A stretch of 59,489 bases of DNA from Anaerolineales bacterium (GCA_011389535.1 JAABUE010000001.1:1-59489), one strand, 5' to 3'; counted from the stretch's first letter, positions 9,978 to 21,942 are shown. A program made the numbers and translations. Notes: a model not told the origin generated them from the sequence alone.

Positions 9978-11978
9978 TTAGCTTTTTTCGCTTCTAGCAG
10001 TTGCCAGTGGAGTCAATGGCTCATATGACATTCCACCTCCCTCGAAGAATTTGCTGAAGAATTCGTAATATTCGAGACGCATGGTCTGAATACCAACGAT
10101 CAATCCCTCAAAACCAACGATGAATAAGTTTCCTACCACAACGATCAGCCAATAGATGATCACGCTGAAGATACCCTCGCCTCCGCCCATAAGTTCAGCG
10201 AGGATAAAAATCACGGAACTCAACCCCCCATGCGCTACCGCAAAGGCGCCCACACGGACGTAAGAGACACTGTTGCTCAGGGAACTGATCAATGTTTCGA
10301 ACAGTTCCACGCCGGCCTGGATCAGATAGGTAAAAATGCCATCTTCAACGAGCGGTCGATGTCCTTCGAGCAAGTGCTTGAACACTTCGGAGAACATCAC
10401 CATCAGGGCCGCTACAACCGCCAATATAACGAAAACCAGCATGGGAACCGGAAAAGCCGGCAACAGCGCCGAAGCCCCAATTCCAAGAAGCGACCAGTAG
10501 AGCAGCAACCCGGCAACACCGTGGTGATCAAAAAGCAACCGACCCCATTCACGCGCCCGCCAGGCGTTATAGATGTTCAACAAGAACCCCAGGCTGAGGA
10601 TCACAACCCCAGCGCCGATAGAGACTGCCAGGATCTGGTTGATCTCGTGCAATGGCTCTATCCACAACGCGCCAAAACCAAACAGATCATGGAAAAATGA
10701 TTCGGACCCAAATAAACTACCGTACAAGAAACCAAATATCATCGCTACTGCGCCACAGGCAAGGACGATTGATCCCAGGGCAGACATACCTTTCAATGCC
10801 TCGACCCTCTTGCTGCTCAGGAGCCAACCCAGCAACACTAACAACAGTCCGTGCCCCACGTCGCCGAACATCGCGCCGAAAAGCAATGGAAAGGTTATAG
10901 TCATTAGAACAGTTGGATCGATTTCCTCATAGCGGGGTCTTGCATAGGTTGTCACCAGGGTTTGGAAGGCGCCAAACATCCCGGTATTTTCCAAAGCCAC
11001 CGGCACGTTGTGGGTCATTGAGCCTCTTTGCAGTGAGGGGGTTGCTTCGATAACGATATTCCCGGAAATCTGTTTCAATTGCTGCGTCAAGGCTTCCAGC
11101 TTTGAGGTGGGCACCCAGCCAACGATCAAATAGGTATAGTTAAGTTTGCCAAAACGAGCCATAGCATCCGCAAGCAGCTTGCTTGCCCGGACCTGCCAGA
11201 GCAATGTTTGGAGTTGCTTTTCATAGGTATCATGCAATTGAACAATGGCTGATTTTTGGTTTTCAATTTCTTTTTGGGTGTTTTCTATCTCTTGTCGAAG
11301 CGACTTGATGATCTCCGCAGGTGTGCCCTCATGAGTATCGGATAATTCCAGGGGGTTCAAATAAGCGCTGCGCGCTGCCCGATCCAGAATATCGGCGTTA
11401 AATCGGGCTCCCGTCAACCAGACCACCGCATCCTCCCGCTCCTTTCGCAGGGTCATTAATACATACGGGATCCTCGCCAGGCTTGTTTCCAGCCGTTCCA
11501 GGTTGACAGCCGGCATCGTCCCCAAAGTGGAGTAAATGTACTGCTGGTTGCGCAATAAGCTGATATCAAGATCGACTTCAGCGATCGGCTCAAGTTGGAG
11601 GATGTGACTGCGCAGTTTCTCGAGTTTGTTCTGGTTTTCAATAAGTTGGTCGTTTGAATTTTTAACATCCCGCTCGATTTGATCTACCAGCGGTCGAACT
11701 GTCCCCAACTCGACCATTGTTTCTTCGTCGATAGACAAAGGTGGACCTTCATCCACTGCTAATGCCTGCATGGTGAACAGAATTTGACGCTCTAAAGCTG
11801 AATAAGCAGCGGCTTGTTCTTTCCACGTGCCGAGGGACTTGGAAGCCTCGTCTGAACTCAGGTAGCTGGCATCCACTTGATGGAAGACACCCCGCCCAGC
11901 TAAAACCTTCGTAACAGGAAGTAGATCCTTCTCCGGGATAATCAATTCCAACTCGGTCATTGCTTCTGGAAAGAACAT
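9978..11978 (-). CDS. ntpI: V/A-type ATP synthase subunit I (a)
   Basis: 666 aa with a ggaggtg RBS. It has a cytoplasmic N-terminal half and a polytopic C-terminal half with the conserved Arg region (YVRVGAFAVAHGGL). Confidence 0.9.
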   Translation of the reverse strand: MFFPEAMTELELIIPEKDLLPVTKVLAGRGVFHQVDASYLSSDEASKSLGTWKEQAAAYSALERQILFTMQALAVDEGPPLSIDEETMVELGTVRPLVDQIERDVKNSNDQLIENQNKLEKLRSHILQLEPIAEVDLDISLLRNQQYIYSTLGTMPAVNLERLETSLARIPYVLMTLRKEREDAVVWLTGARFNADILDRAARSAYLNPLELSDTHEGTPAEIIKSLRQEIENTQKEIENQKSAIVQLHDTYEKQLQTLLWQVRASKLLADAMARFGKLNYTYLIVGWVPTSKLEALTQQLKQISGNIVIEATPSLQRGSMTHNVPVALENTGMFGAFQTLVTTYARPRYEEIDPTVLMTITFPLLFGAMFGDVGHGLLLVLLGWLLSSKRVEALKGMSALGSIVLACGAVAMIFGFLYGSLFGSESFFHDLFGFGALWIEPLHEINQILAVSIGAGVVILSLGFLLNIYNAWRAREWGRLLFDHHGVAGLLLYWSLLGIGASALLPAFPVPMLVFVILAVVAALMVMFSEVFKHLLEGHRPLVEDGIFTYLIQAGVELFETLISSLSNSVSYVRVGAFAVAHGGLSSVIFILAELMGGGEGIFSVIIYWLIVVVGNLFIVGFEGLIVGIQTMRLEYYEFFSKFFEGGGMSYEPLTPLATARSEKS

Positions 11979-12023
11979 AACACCTCCGACACAAATAAAT
12001 TCAAGACATAAATATCTATTCAG

Positions 12024-13106
12024 CTAGGATGCAGCAATCTCTTCCACGTTTGTACTCATGAGCAGATAATGCATAAACTCTGCAGGCGACTTACCAGAGG
12101 CTTTGGCTTCGATCAGCACGGTTAAGTCTTGAAGTTCAAGTTCGTTTAAAATCACAAAAGCCAATGGCAGGCCGATATGGAACGGATAACCGGTAAATAC
12201 TGCATTTAATTGCTGCTTGAGACGGCGTTGCAATTGCAACTCCAACTTCGGCAACCCACGCTCCGGATCCTGCAGCAAGTTGTCGACGTTCATCAACCCC
12301 GGATAAACGCGCATTACGATCCGGGCCATGTCAGCACCGGCGGCAATCGCCCGGATATCTTCATCGCGAACGCGATACCCAAAGGGTAATGTATAGTTGA
12401 TTATTTCTTCTTCAGATAGATGGTGGTACACCCGGTAACGCATCGCCCACATCAGGTTGTTCATATCTACCAGCGGGCCCACTATGCGCAATGCCTGGGT
12501 TCGATCTTGCCCGGGCAGCCGGTTAGCATTGATCCACAGGGTGCGCCAATAGTCAAGGTCCAACGCGACTTCCAATGGAAAGAGACTCCGCTCCTCGGTA
12601 TAGCGCTTCACAGCGTGGGATAGTGTGTCGTAATAAGGGGTATTGATTAACTGCGCTACCGCGGCCTCTATCGTTCCCGCCTCCAACATTTTCTCAGCTG
12701 GAAGTTTGGCTAATGAACCAAGGGGAAAAAGGATTTCTCTTACCTGCTCCCAGGATGAGTTTATTACGATAGCACGCAAGATCGCTTTTAAGTTGTCTAT
12801 TTCAAAGTGGCGGAATAGCTCGGTGAGCAATGAACGGGTATGCGCGGGAGCCGTATGGATAAGCGTTATATAAACATCGGCAAGTCGTTTCTGAAGTTGG
12901 TGCATGACCTGCTTGGAAGTGAGGTCCTTATCTTCCAATCCCTCCAGATAGGGACCGTAGGGAGTATCCTTGAGTAACCCGACCAGACCGGATAAGTCCG
13001 GTGCGTTAGCCAGATCGGCTAATTTTTGGGGGCTCAACAAGGTGGAATACATGACTCGCACACGCGAGTGAATGGCTGCATACCCGGAAGCCCCGCCTGT
13101 CAGCAT
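12024..13106 (-). CDS. ntpC: V/A-type ATP synthase subunit C (d)
   Basis: 360-aa all-helical protein in the operon. The size and position fit V-type subunit C. Confidence 0.8.
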   Translation of the reverse strand: MLTGGASGYAAIHSRVRVMYSTLLSPQKLADLANAPDLSGLVGLLKDTPYGPYLEGLEDKDLTSKQVMHQLQKRLADVYITLIHTAPAHTRSLLTELFRHFEIDNLKAILRAIVINSSWEQVREILFPLGSLAKLPAEKMLEAGTIEAAVAQLINTPYYDTLSHAVKRYTEERSLFPLEVALDLDYWRTLWINANRLPGQDRTQALRIVGPLVDMNNLMWAMRYRVYHHLSEEEIINYTLPFGYRVRDEDIRAIAAGADMARIVMRVYPGLMNVDNLLQDPERGLPKLELQLQRRLKQQLNAVFTGYPFHIGLPLAFVILNELELQDLTVLIEAKASGKSPAEFMHYLLMSTNVEEIAAS

Positions 13107-13112
13107 GCGCTT

Positions 13113-13424
13113 CTATTCCCTTCCCGCTACTCGGTCGAGAACGTAGCCAACTGCCCCGTCGAGATTCCCTTTTGCCAGATCTTTGGAATGTTTTACTTTG
13201 TCTTCAGCTTCAGCCAGGATGCGTTCGATTTCTTCTTTGGCCTGGGCATTCGCTATCAACCGGCGGGCTTCTTCCTGCGCCTCATTGTTCGCTTTTTCAA
13301 TCAGATCTTGGGCTTCCTGGTCGGCTTGCTTGATTAATTGCTCCGCCTCACGTACTGCGGCCTCGTGTATCTCGCGTGCTTGATTTTCAATTTCCAGTAC
13401 CTGTTGGATCCGGTCTTCTTTCAT
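13113..13424 (-). CDS. V/A-type ATP synthase peripheral-stalk subunit (G/H-like)
   Basis: 103-aa, highly charged E/A/Q-rich coiled coil encoded by the first gene of the operon, with RBS ggtgagg. Confidence 0.6.
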   Translation of the reverse strand: MKEDRIQQVLEIENQAREIHEAAVREAEQLIKQADQEAQDLIEKANNEAQEEARRLIANAQAKEEIERILAEAEDKVKHSKDLAKGNLDGAVGYVLDRVAGRE

Positions 13425-13663
13425 AACGATTACCTCACCAAAAAATTTTTTGCAAGATCAGCCTGTTGAGTGTAAGAAGAGTTGATTAAATCCCTATTCT
13501 ATGCAACTCATTCACCCGATGAGTACCTTTAAGTCAGATTATCATGACGACAATAGAAATGCCTCTTTTGTACGGTTTGCTTTTAGATTTCAAAATGCCC
13601 AAGTACCCGATATGTGAGAAATTCTTTACAAATCTCATCAAATTCATCTAAAAACATGTGCAT

Positions 13664-13692
13664 ATGATACTCGATAATTTTGACTATTGCAA
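13664..13692 (-). promoter_or_regulatory. Candidate sigma-70 promoter for the V-ATPase operon
   Basis: On the minus strand: TTGCAA (13692-13687), 17-nt spacer, TATCAT (13669-13664). It lies in an AT-rich 380-bp intergenic region and implies a 5' UTR of about 230 nt. Confidence 0.35.
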
Positions 13693-13707
13693 CCCTTTTT
13701 ATAGAAT
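13680..13707 (+). promoter_or_regulatory. Candidate divergent promoter, back-to-back with the V-ATPase promoter
   Basis: TTGACT (13680-13685), 16-nt spacer, TAGAAT (13702-13707). It points toward the hairpin at 13758-13785. Confidence 0.3.
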
Positions 13708-13757
13708 TTTTAGTCTAATCACCCTTTCGAGGGATAGATATCTAATCCCCAAATCAA

Positions 13758-13795
13758 AAACGGCTTCCATAAACGGAAGCCGTTTCATTTTCGAG
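13758..13795. terminator. Bidirectional intrinsic terminator downstream of mreB
   Basis: An 11-bp stem (aaacggcttcc / ggaagccgttt) with a 6-nt loop. The hairpin is followed by ttttgattt on the minus strand and by tttcatttt on the plus strand. Confidence 0.65.
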
Positions 13796-13804
13796 GTAAC
13801 TATT

Positions 13805-14812
13805 TCAAACTCTTGGCAAGTTGCGGCGCAACAGGTTGTACATGCTCAGGCCTCGCACAGTACCCTCCACCACGCAGGTCAGTGGGTTGTCGACCAGATA
13901 GGCGGGGATGCCCAACGATTTCGTCAGCAACTTATCGATTCCGCGTAGAAGCGCGCCGCCGCCGCACAAGGCTACACCGCGGTCGATGATATCTGCCACC
14001 AGTTCAGGGGGCGTCTTTTCGAGAACGCGGCGGCCGGTCTCGATGATGTTCTTGAGCGGCTCCTGCAGGGCTTCGACAATTTCGCCGGTTGTCAACGTGA
14101 CCGGACGAGGCAGGCCCGTGACCTGGTCCTGCCCCTGGACTTCCATGCTCTGTTCCATATCCTGTGGGACAGCCGCCCCAATCCGGATTTTGAGCTGCTC
14201 AGCGGTCACCTGGCCGATGATCACCCCGTACTTGCGCCGGACATAGGTGACAATGGCATCGTCCAGGTCAAGACCACCTCCACGTAACGTTTCCGCGGAT
14301 ACGATCCCGTACATGGCCATGACAGCTGCCTCGGTCGCACCGGCGCCCAAACATATGACCATGTTTCCCGAAGGCGAGCCGATTGGCAGGTCAATGCCGA
14401 GCGCAGCTGCCAGCGATTGCTGGATCAGATAAGCCTCGCGAGCGCCCGCCTCCATTACGGCCTCGAAAACTGCGCGACGCTCCACGCTGGTAACCCCATA
14501 GGGCACAGAGATCATCACGCGCGGACGGAAAATACGCATCGAACCGCTTACACGGCGTAAAAGATAAGCTAAAAGGGTTTCGGTGATTTCGTAATCGGCA
14601 ATAACACCATTTTTAAGGGGACGTGCAACTTCAATACTCTCAGGCACGCGTCCATACATGTCACGCGCTTCCTGGCCCACGGCTACCATTTTTTGCTCCT
14701 CGACCTCGATAGCAACAATGGTAGGCTCCTCGAGCAACACCTGTGTGCTGTCGGCCAGGCGGGTGTACATGGTACCCAGGTCTATACCCAGGTCTTTAGA
14801 AAAAACTGCCAC
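13805..14812 (-). CDS. mreB: Rod-shape-determining protein MreB
   Basis: 335 aa with actin-fold phosphate motifs (DLGIDLGT, ICLGAGATEAAV, GVALCGGGALL). The GTG start lies 6 nt downstream of the atpC stop. Confidence 0.9.
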   Translation of the reverse strand: MAVFSKDLGIDLGTMYTRLADSTQVLLEEPTIVAIEVEEQKMVAVGQEARDMYGRVPESIEVARPLKNGVIADYEITETLLAYLLRRVSGSMRIFRPRVMISVPYGVTSVERRAVFEAVMEAGAREAYLIQQSLAAALGIDLPIGSPSGNMVICLGAGATEAAVMAMYGIVSAETLRGGGLDLDDAIVTYVRRKYGVIIGQVTAEQLKIRIGAAVPQDMEQSMEVQGQDQVTGLPRPVTLTTGEIVEALQEPLKNIIETGRRVLEKTPPELVADIIDRGVALCGGGALLRGIDKLLTKSLGIPAYLVDNPLTCVVEGTVRGLSMYNLLRRNLPRV

Positions 14813-14818
14813 GGGCCC

Positions 14819-15259
14819 TTATTTCTTCTCTTCGTATGGGCGGGATGAGACCTTGCGATAGCGGCGAACAGCGTCCAAGCGTAGGTTGGACCGGCGTAAA
14901 GCAGCTTCCACGGCAAGATAAGTGTCTGTATCTGCGGGAACACCTTTTTCCAATATTTCTCTAGCACGCTTCCGAGCAGTTTCAGCCCGGTCTAGATCGA
15001 TTTCTCTGATATTTTCAGCCGCATCAGCGAGGACTGTCACGATATCCGGCTGGATTTCGGCCACGCCGCCAGCTACGGTAAAAATTTCCTCTTTATCCTT
15101 TGTACGTACCTTGATCACACCATACTTAAGGGTTGTTAATAGTGGGGCATGGTGTGGCAAGATTCCCATCTCACCTGCCGAACCAGGCAGGGTAACGATA
15201 TCTACATCGCCCTCAAAAACCATACGATCCTGAGAGACTATTTCACAGCGGATTGGCAT
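14819..15259 (-). CDS. atpC: F-type ATP synthase subunit epsilon
   Basis: 146 aa with a beta-sandwich N-terminus (VSQDRMVFEGDVDIVTLPGSAGEMGILPHHAPL) and a helical C-terminus. Confidence 0.9.
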   Translation of the reverse strand: MPIRCEIVSQDRMVFEGDVDIVTLPGSAGEMGILPHHAPLLTTLKYGVIKVRTKDKEEIFTVAGGVAEIQPDIVTVLADAAENIREIDLDRAETARKRAREILEKGVPADTDTYLAVEAALRRSNLRLDAVRRYRKVSSRPYEEKK

Positions 15260-15262
15260 GAT

Positions 15263-17574
<2,312 letters not shown>

Positions 17575-17577
17575 TTG

Positions 17578-19239
17578 TTACGCCTGCCAGGTGCTTGAGA
17601 AGGTCTCGAATGCAGTTGCCATGCGTGCGCGCAGGTCGTCGGAGAGAGCCTTCTTTTCTGCGATTTCTTTGCCAATTTCGGGCTGCGAGGAAGCCATGAA
17701 GCGTAACAGGTCTGCCTGCCACTGGAACATCTTATCAACCGGGACAGTGTCAGCATAGCCACTCGTAGCAGCCAGAATCACCATGACCTGGTCTTCCAGG
17801 TCCATCGGTTGATATTGGGGTTGTTTGAGAATTTCCTGTATGCGCTGGCCGCGCTCTAATTGGGAGCGGGTTGACTTATCGAGGTCCGAGGCCATCAAGG
17901 CAAAGGCCGCCAGTTCGCGATAAGCTGCCATGTCGAGGCGCAGGCGTCCTGCCACCTGTTTCATGGCTTTGGTCTGGGCATCGCCGCCCACACGGGAGAC
18001 CGAGATACCAACGTTTACTGCCGGACGAATACCGGCGTTGAACAGGTTGCTTTCCAGATAAATCTGACCATCGGTGATGGAAATTACGTTGGTTGGAATA
18101 TAAGCAGAAACATCGCCAAGCAGGGTTTCGATGATAGGCAGAGCAGTAAGAGAACCACCCGTGCCTTTTACCTTGGCAACCTTATAGTTGCCCGAATCGC
18201 TCATTTCTTTAAGAGCTTCATTAGCCTGGTCTTTAGAAACGGGACCGGTATAGACTGTATCATTCACGCTATCGGAAGGTGATGCTTCGCCTTCAAAATC
18301 CGACCTAACAATAACATAGGAATTTGCCAGGCGGGCAGCACGTTCCAGCAAGCGCGAATGCAGATAGAACACATCGCCGGGATAGGCTTCTCGTCCCGGC
18401 GGGCGGCGCAACAACAGGGAAACCTGCCGGTATGCCCAGGCATGCTTGGAAAGATCGTCATAAATAACCAGCGCATCGCGGCCGGTTTCCATGAATTCTT
18501 CGCCAATGGCAGCGCCAGCGTAAGGGGCAATATATTGAAGAGCGGCCGATTCATCGGCGGAAGCCACTACGAAGATGGTATGTTCCATCGCGCCGTGACG
18601 CTCAAGGATACCAACTGTACGCGCTACGGCCGCTTTCTTCTGACCAATCGCTACGTATATACAGACCAGGTCCTTGCCCTTCTGGTTGATGATGGTATCG
18701 ATCGCAATCGCGGTCTTACCGGTTTGGCGGTCGCCGATGATGAGCTCGCGCTGGCCACGTCCGATTGGGATCATCGAGTCAATCGCTTTGATTCCGGTTT
18801 GGACAGGGGTGTCTACGTCCTGGCGTAACACGACACCCGGCGCAATACGCTCAACCGGACGATAGCCGCTGGACACGATCGCGCCTTTGCCATCAATCGG
18901 CTCACCCAAGGCGTTGACGACCCGACCAATCAGGCCATCGCCAACGGGAACGGAAGCAATGCGCCCCGTAGCGCGAACAATCATACCTTCGGTAATTTCG
19001 GTGTAATCGCCCATAATGATCACGCCGACGCTGTTCTTCTCCAGGTTGAAGGCCGTGCCCATCACACCGTTGGCAAACTGCACCAATTCCTGAGAACGCA
19101 CGTTTGCCAGGCCTTTCACACGGGCGATGCCATCACCCGCTTCCAGAACGGTGCCGATATCACTGATACCAATTTCTGGTTGAAACTCTTCTATTTGCTT
19201 TTGAAAATCGCTTGTAATTTGATTGATCAGATCTGACAT
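17578..19239 (-). CDS. atpA: F-type ATP synthase subunit alpha (with a ~40-50 aa insertion)
   Basis: 553 aa with Walker [10 protein letters not shown]. There is an extra segment between LLERAARL and [12 protein letters not shown] (residues ~305-360). Confidence 0.95.
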   Translation of the reverse strand: MSDLINQITSDFQKQIEEFQPEIGISDIGTVLEAGDGIARVKGLANVRSQELVQFANGVMGTAFNLEKNSVGVIIMGDYTEITEGMIVRATGRIASVPVGDGLIGRVVNALGEPIDGKGAIVSSGYRPVERIAPGVVLRQDVDTPVQTGIKAIDSMIPIGRGQRELIIGDRQTGKTAIAIDTIINQKGKDLVCIYVAIGQKKAAVARTVGILERHGAMEHTIFVVASADESAALQYIAPYAGAAIGEEFMETGRDALVIYDDLSKHAWAYRQVSLLLRRPPGREAYPGDVFYLHSRLLERAARLANSYVIVRSDFEGEASPSDSVNDTVYTGPVSKDQANEALKEMSDSGNYKVAKVKGTGGSLTALPIIETLLGDVSAYIPTNVISITDGQIYLESNLFNAGIRPAVNVGISVSRVGGDAQTKAMKQVAGRLRLDMAAYRELAAFALMASDLDKSTRSQLERGQRIQEILKQPQYQPMDLEDQVMVILAATSGYADTVPVDKMFQWQADLLRFMASSQPEIGKEIAEKKALSDDLRARMATAFETFSSTWQA

Positions 19240-19527
19240 TTCGCCTCCACTCCGCTGTGGTGAAATGATTTTCAGTAGCAGACCGCTACAGTATTCATCT
19301 ATTTACACACAACTGCCCGGATTCTTCATATCCGGGCACACCTTGGGAGCATGACCCGCAGGTTGCTTCCAGAACTAATCATGTGTGCATGTGAACTTGG
19401 TCACAGGTGAGCGTAATAATACCTGAAAGAAAGTATATTGTCCAGTTACAATCGTTACGCTCCGGATTTCCCTTGTGCTCATTGATATTATGACGTATAT
19501 TACACCGATTGGAGAAAAGATTGAAAA

Positions 19528-20682
19528 ATGTCTGAAACGAGTACACCCAAAAATGGCGGTGACAAGCCTCCCAGTCCGCGCATGAAGCGCTACTGGCGGG
19601 TAGCGGTTCTGGCTAATATCAAAGACGAGAGCAAGCCCAAACCGGAGGGTGTCCCTCCGGACGCGTTTGCAGATTATGACCATGTCGAAACAGTCCAATC
19701 CATTCAGAACGCAATTGAAACGGACGGTCACGAGACCACGTTCATCCTGGCTGATGAAAACCTGCCTTATGCCCTGAAAGAATACAAACCGGATATCTGC
19801 TTCAACATCGCCGAAGGACTGGGCGGCGATGCCCGCGAGGCGCAAGTACCGGCTCTCCTGGAAATGCTGAGGATCCCATATACGGGCTCCCGGGTGCTGA
19901 CCAATGCCATCGCCCTCGATAAGACACTGACAAAGCGCATCTGGCGCGACCGGAACCTGCCCGTTGCTCCCTTTCAGGAATTCACTAGCGGCGATGAGCT
20001 GGTCCGCCCGGAGTTGAAATATCCTTTATTCGTAAAACCCGCCCGTGAAGGGACAGGCATGGGCGTGGATATGCACGCGCGCGTCCAGAATGAAACCGAG
20101 TTGCGCGAGCGGGCTAAATATGTGATCAATGCATACCAACAACCGGCCCTGGTCGAAACATTTCTGCCCGGTCGGGAATTTACGGTTGGCCAGCTGGGCC
20201 GCCCGGACGTTAAACGCTTCAGCCGCCATCCCGAATGGTACGATGCCGACGGCTTCCATCGCCTGCCTATCCTGGAACTGAAGACAGAAAAAACTGCTAC
20301 GCCCGGTATTTACAGCCATGCCGCCAAAGCCCAGCAGTTAGGAGAAGAAGGTGCGCCGGAATACATCTGCCCGGCGGAGGTGGAGCCTGAACTGGCCAAG
20401 AAACTGCATCACTTCGCACTGCGCGGACACCTCCTGCTCTTTGCCACTGACGTTTCGCGCGTGGATTTTCGGCTGGATGCTGACGGCAACCCGCGCCTGA
20501 TCGAGATCAACCCCCTGCCTGGCCTCACACCCGGTTACAGCGACCTGTGCATCCAGGCCGAATCGGAGGGAATCCGTTACGAAGATTTGATCCTCGAAAT
20601 CCTGTATATGGCAGCAGGGAGATGGGGATTGCTGGAACCGCGTGAGTTACCGCCAATGAAGAAGCCTGGCAAGAAAAAGTAA
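19528..20682 (+). CDS. ATP-grasp enzyme, D-alanine--D-alanine ligase family
   Basis: 384 aa with RBS ggagaaaag. It shows Ddl-like architecture (ALDKTLTKRIW..., FVKPAREGTGMGV, RVDFRLDADGNPRLIEINPLPG). Confidence 0.65.
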   Translation: MSETSTPKNGGDKPPSPRMKRYWRVAVLANIKDESKPKPEGVPPDAFADYDHVETVQSIQNAIETDGHETTFILADENLPYALKEYKPDICFNIAEGLGGDAREAQVPALLEMLRIPYTGSRVLTNAIALDKTLTKRIWRDRNLPVAPFQEFTSGDELVRPELKYPLFVKPAREGTGMGVDMHARVQNETELRERAKYVINAYQQPALVETFLPGREFTVGQLGRPDVKRFSRHPEWYDADGFHRLPILELKTEKTATPGIYSHAAKAQQLGEEGAPEYICPAEVEPELAKKLHHFALRGHLLLFATDVSRVDFRLDADGNPRLIEINPLPGLTPGYSDLCIQAESEGIRYEDLILEILYMAAGRWGLLEPRELPPMKKPGKKK

Positions 20683-20703
20683 TTCCAGCACATCAAAAGC
20701 CAG

Positions 20704-20731
20704 TGACCAGCCACTAAAAATACGGTATAAT
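20704..20731 (+). promoter_or_regulatory. Candidate promoter for tRNA-Ser
   Basis: TGACCA (20704-20709), 16-nt spacer, TATAAT (20726-20731), about 27 nt upstream of the mature tRNA 5' end. Confidence 0.4.
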
Positions 20732-20758
20732 TCGCGCCGCTACCCAACGGGTAGAACT

Positions 20759-20845
20759 GGAGAGGTCGCGTAGTCTGGTTTAGCGCGCACGCCTGGAGCG
20801 CGTGTAACCCGTAAGGGTTCGCGGGTTCGAATCCCGCCCTCTCCG
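20759..20845 (+). tRNA. tRNA-Ser (anticodon GGA), class II
   Basis: Hand-folded cloverleaf. Acceptor stem GGAGAGG/CCTCTCC, anticodon stem CACGC/GCGTG with loop CTGGAGC, long variable arm AACCC-GTA-AGGGTT, T arm GCGGG-TTCGAAT-CCCGC, discriminator G. CCA is not fully encoded. Confidence 0.9.
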
Positions 20846-21173
20846 CCTGAAGCGCCTCCGCACACGGAGGCGTTTTCGATTCCCGAATATGCGGCCACTC
20901 TAACGTTCGCGGGTTTCCCCATCAGGGGATGATACGAATCCCGCCCTCTCCGCCTGAAGCGCCTCCGCACACGGAGGCGTTTTCGATTCCCGAATATGCG
21001 GCCACTCTAATGTTCGCGGGTTTCCCCATCAGGGGATGATACGAATCCCGCCCTCTCCGCCTGAAGCGCCTCCGCACACGGAGGCGTTTTCGATTCCCGA
21101 ATATGCGGCCACTCTAATGTTCGCGGGTTTCCCCATCAGGGGATGATACGAATCCCGCCCTCTCCACCTGAGA
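20823..21173. repeat. Tandem repeat, 107-bp unit x3, seeded by the tRNA-Ser 3' end
   Basis: ccgccctctcc starts at 20834, 20941, 21048 and 21155, an exact 107-bp period. Each unit contains the terminator hairpin, about 50 bp of spacer, and a pseudo T-arm/acceptor 3' half in which a 19-nt tccccatcaggggatgata insertion interrupts the T loop. Confidence 0.9.
20852..20877 (+). terminator. Intrinsic terminator after tRNA-Ser (repeated in each 107-bp unit)
   Basis: Stem gcgcctccg / cggaggcgt around a caca loop, followed by tttt. Identical copies recur at +107 and +214 bp. Confidence 0.75.
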
Positions 21174-21244
21174 CCGTCCTTCGCATGAAGGATATTTTCA
21201 TTCACCTAATGCGATTCTCTGATTTATTGGCTTGTACTTTCGTG

Positions 21245-21278
21245 AAAAATCCCCTGCATATGCAGGGGATTCGGTTTT
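21245..21278. terminator. Bidirectional terminator at the 3' end of the ACIII operon
   Basis: Perfect palindrome atcccctgca-ta-tgcaggggat, flanked by gaaaaa upstream and cggttttcg downstream. It lies 17 nt below the stop of the 21295..21942 gene. Confidence 0.7.
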
Positions 21279-21294
21279 CGTCTCTTACGCTGGA

Positions 21295-21942
21295 CTATTG
21301 TGAGCCTTCCTCGATGGCTGTACCGGCGAACACAACCGGACCTTCGGCAGGCACATCGGGTGGCCGCCCCAAGGGCATGAACTTTCGTACGTAAAGCACA
21401 TCATACAAAAGAGAAGATTCCCAATCACCGCCGCCAAGTATGTCAGTCCCCTGTGCGTCCGGCGAAGTTCGGCGTGAACCGGCCAGGATGCCCTCATGCG
21501 AGCTTAAGTCCATTTGAGAAGAGGAAACCGCCATGTCCGGGTTGTGACAGGACGAACAAGACAGTGAACCCGGATACCATAAGTTTGATTCCGTGAACAC
21601 AGGGTGCACATCCTCCGAGAATGTAGCCTCACAGTTTTGGCCGTCTATATCGGTGAAGGTAAACACATCGCTCTCAGGATAGCCTGCAGAAACCCAGGCG
21701 CCGATCAAGTTTACGGCAGCAATGCGGCATTGATTCAGTTTAATGGTTTGAACCGAAAAGTCAGGCGCCGGGAGCGTTGCTGCTGCCAGGGTCGGGATGG
21801 AGGTGGCTACAACCGCGGGTTGACCGCGGCGGCAAGTGAATGTGAAACCGCACGCAGAAATATATACAAAGCTCACCCACACCACAAGCACAGCTACAAA
21901 TGCGACCAGTACCCCATACATCAACTTGCGAAAATCATCCAT
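21295..21942 (-). CDS. Membrane-anchored monoheme c-type cytochrome (last gene of the ACIII operon)
   Basis: The start is placed at MDDFRKL (21942) after ggaggagc, 17 nt past the actE stop. It has one N-terminal TM helix and a single CSSCH heme-binding motif. No resemblance to ActF or ActG was recognised. Confidence 0.6.
   Translation of the reverse strand: MDDFRKLMYGVLVAFVAVLVVWVSFVYISACGFTFTCRRGQPAVVATSIPTLAAATLPAPDFSVQTIKLNQCRIAAVNLIGAWVSAGYPESDVFTFTDIDGQNCEATFSEDVHPVFTESNLWYPGSLSCSSCHNPDMAVSSSQMDLSSHEGILAGSRRTSPDAQGTDILGGGDWESSLLYDVLYVRKFMPLGRPPDVPAEGPVVFAGTAIEEGSQ

Noticed and set aside
19375-19845. 156-aa minus-strand ORF spanning the atpA/ddl-like intergenic region.
   Set aside because: It overlaps the well-supported ATP-grasp gene in antisense, and no RBS or family motif is present.
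20683-21294. Integrated mobile element or prophage at the tRNA-Ser gene.
   Set aside because: No integrase, excisionase or cargo genes are present. The repeats are followed directly by the ACIII operon terminator.
20740-21394. ORFs 20740..20970 (-) and 21143..21394 (+).
   Set aside because: They read through the tRNA-Ser gene and the 107-bp tandem repeats, so the translations are repeat artefacts.
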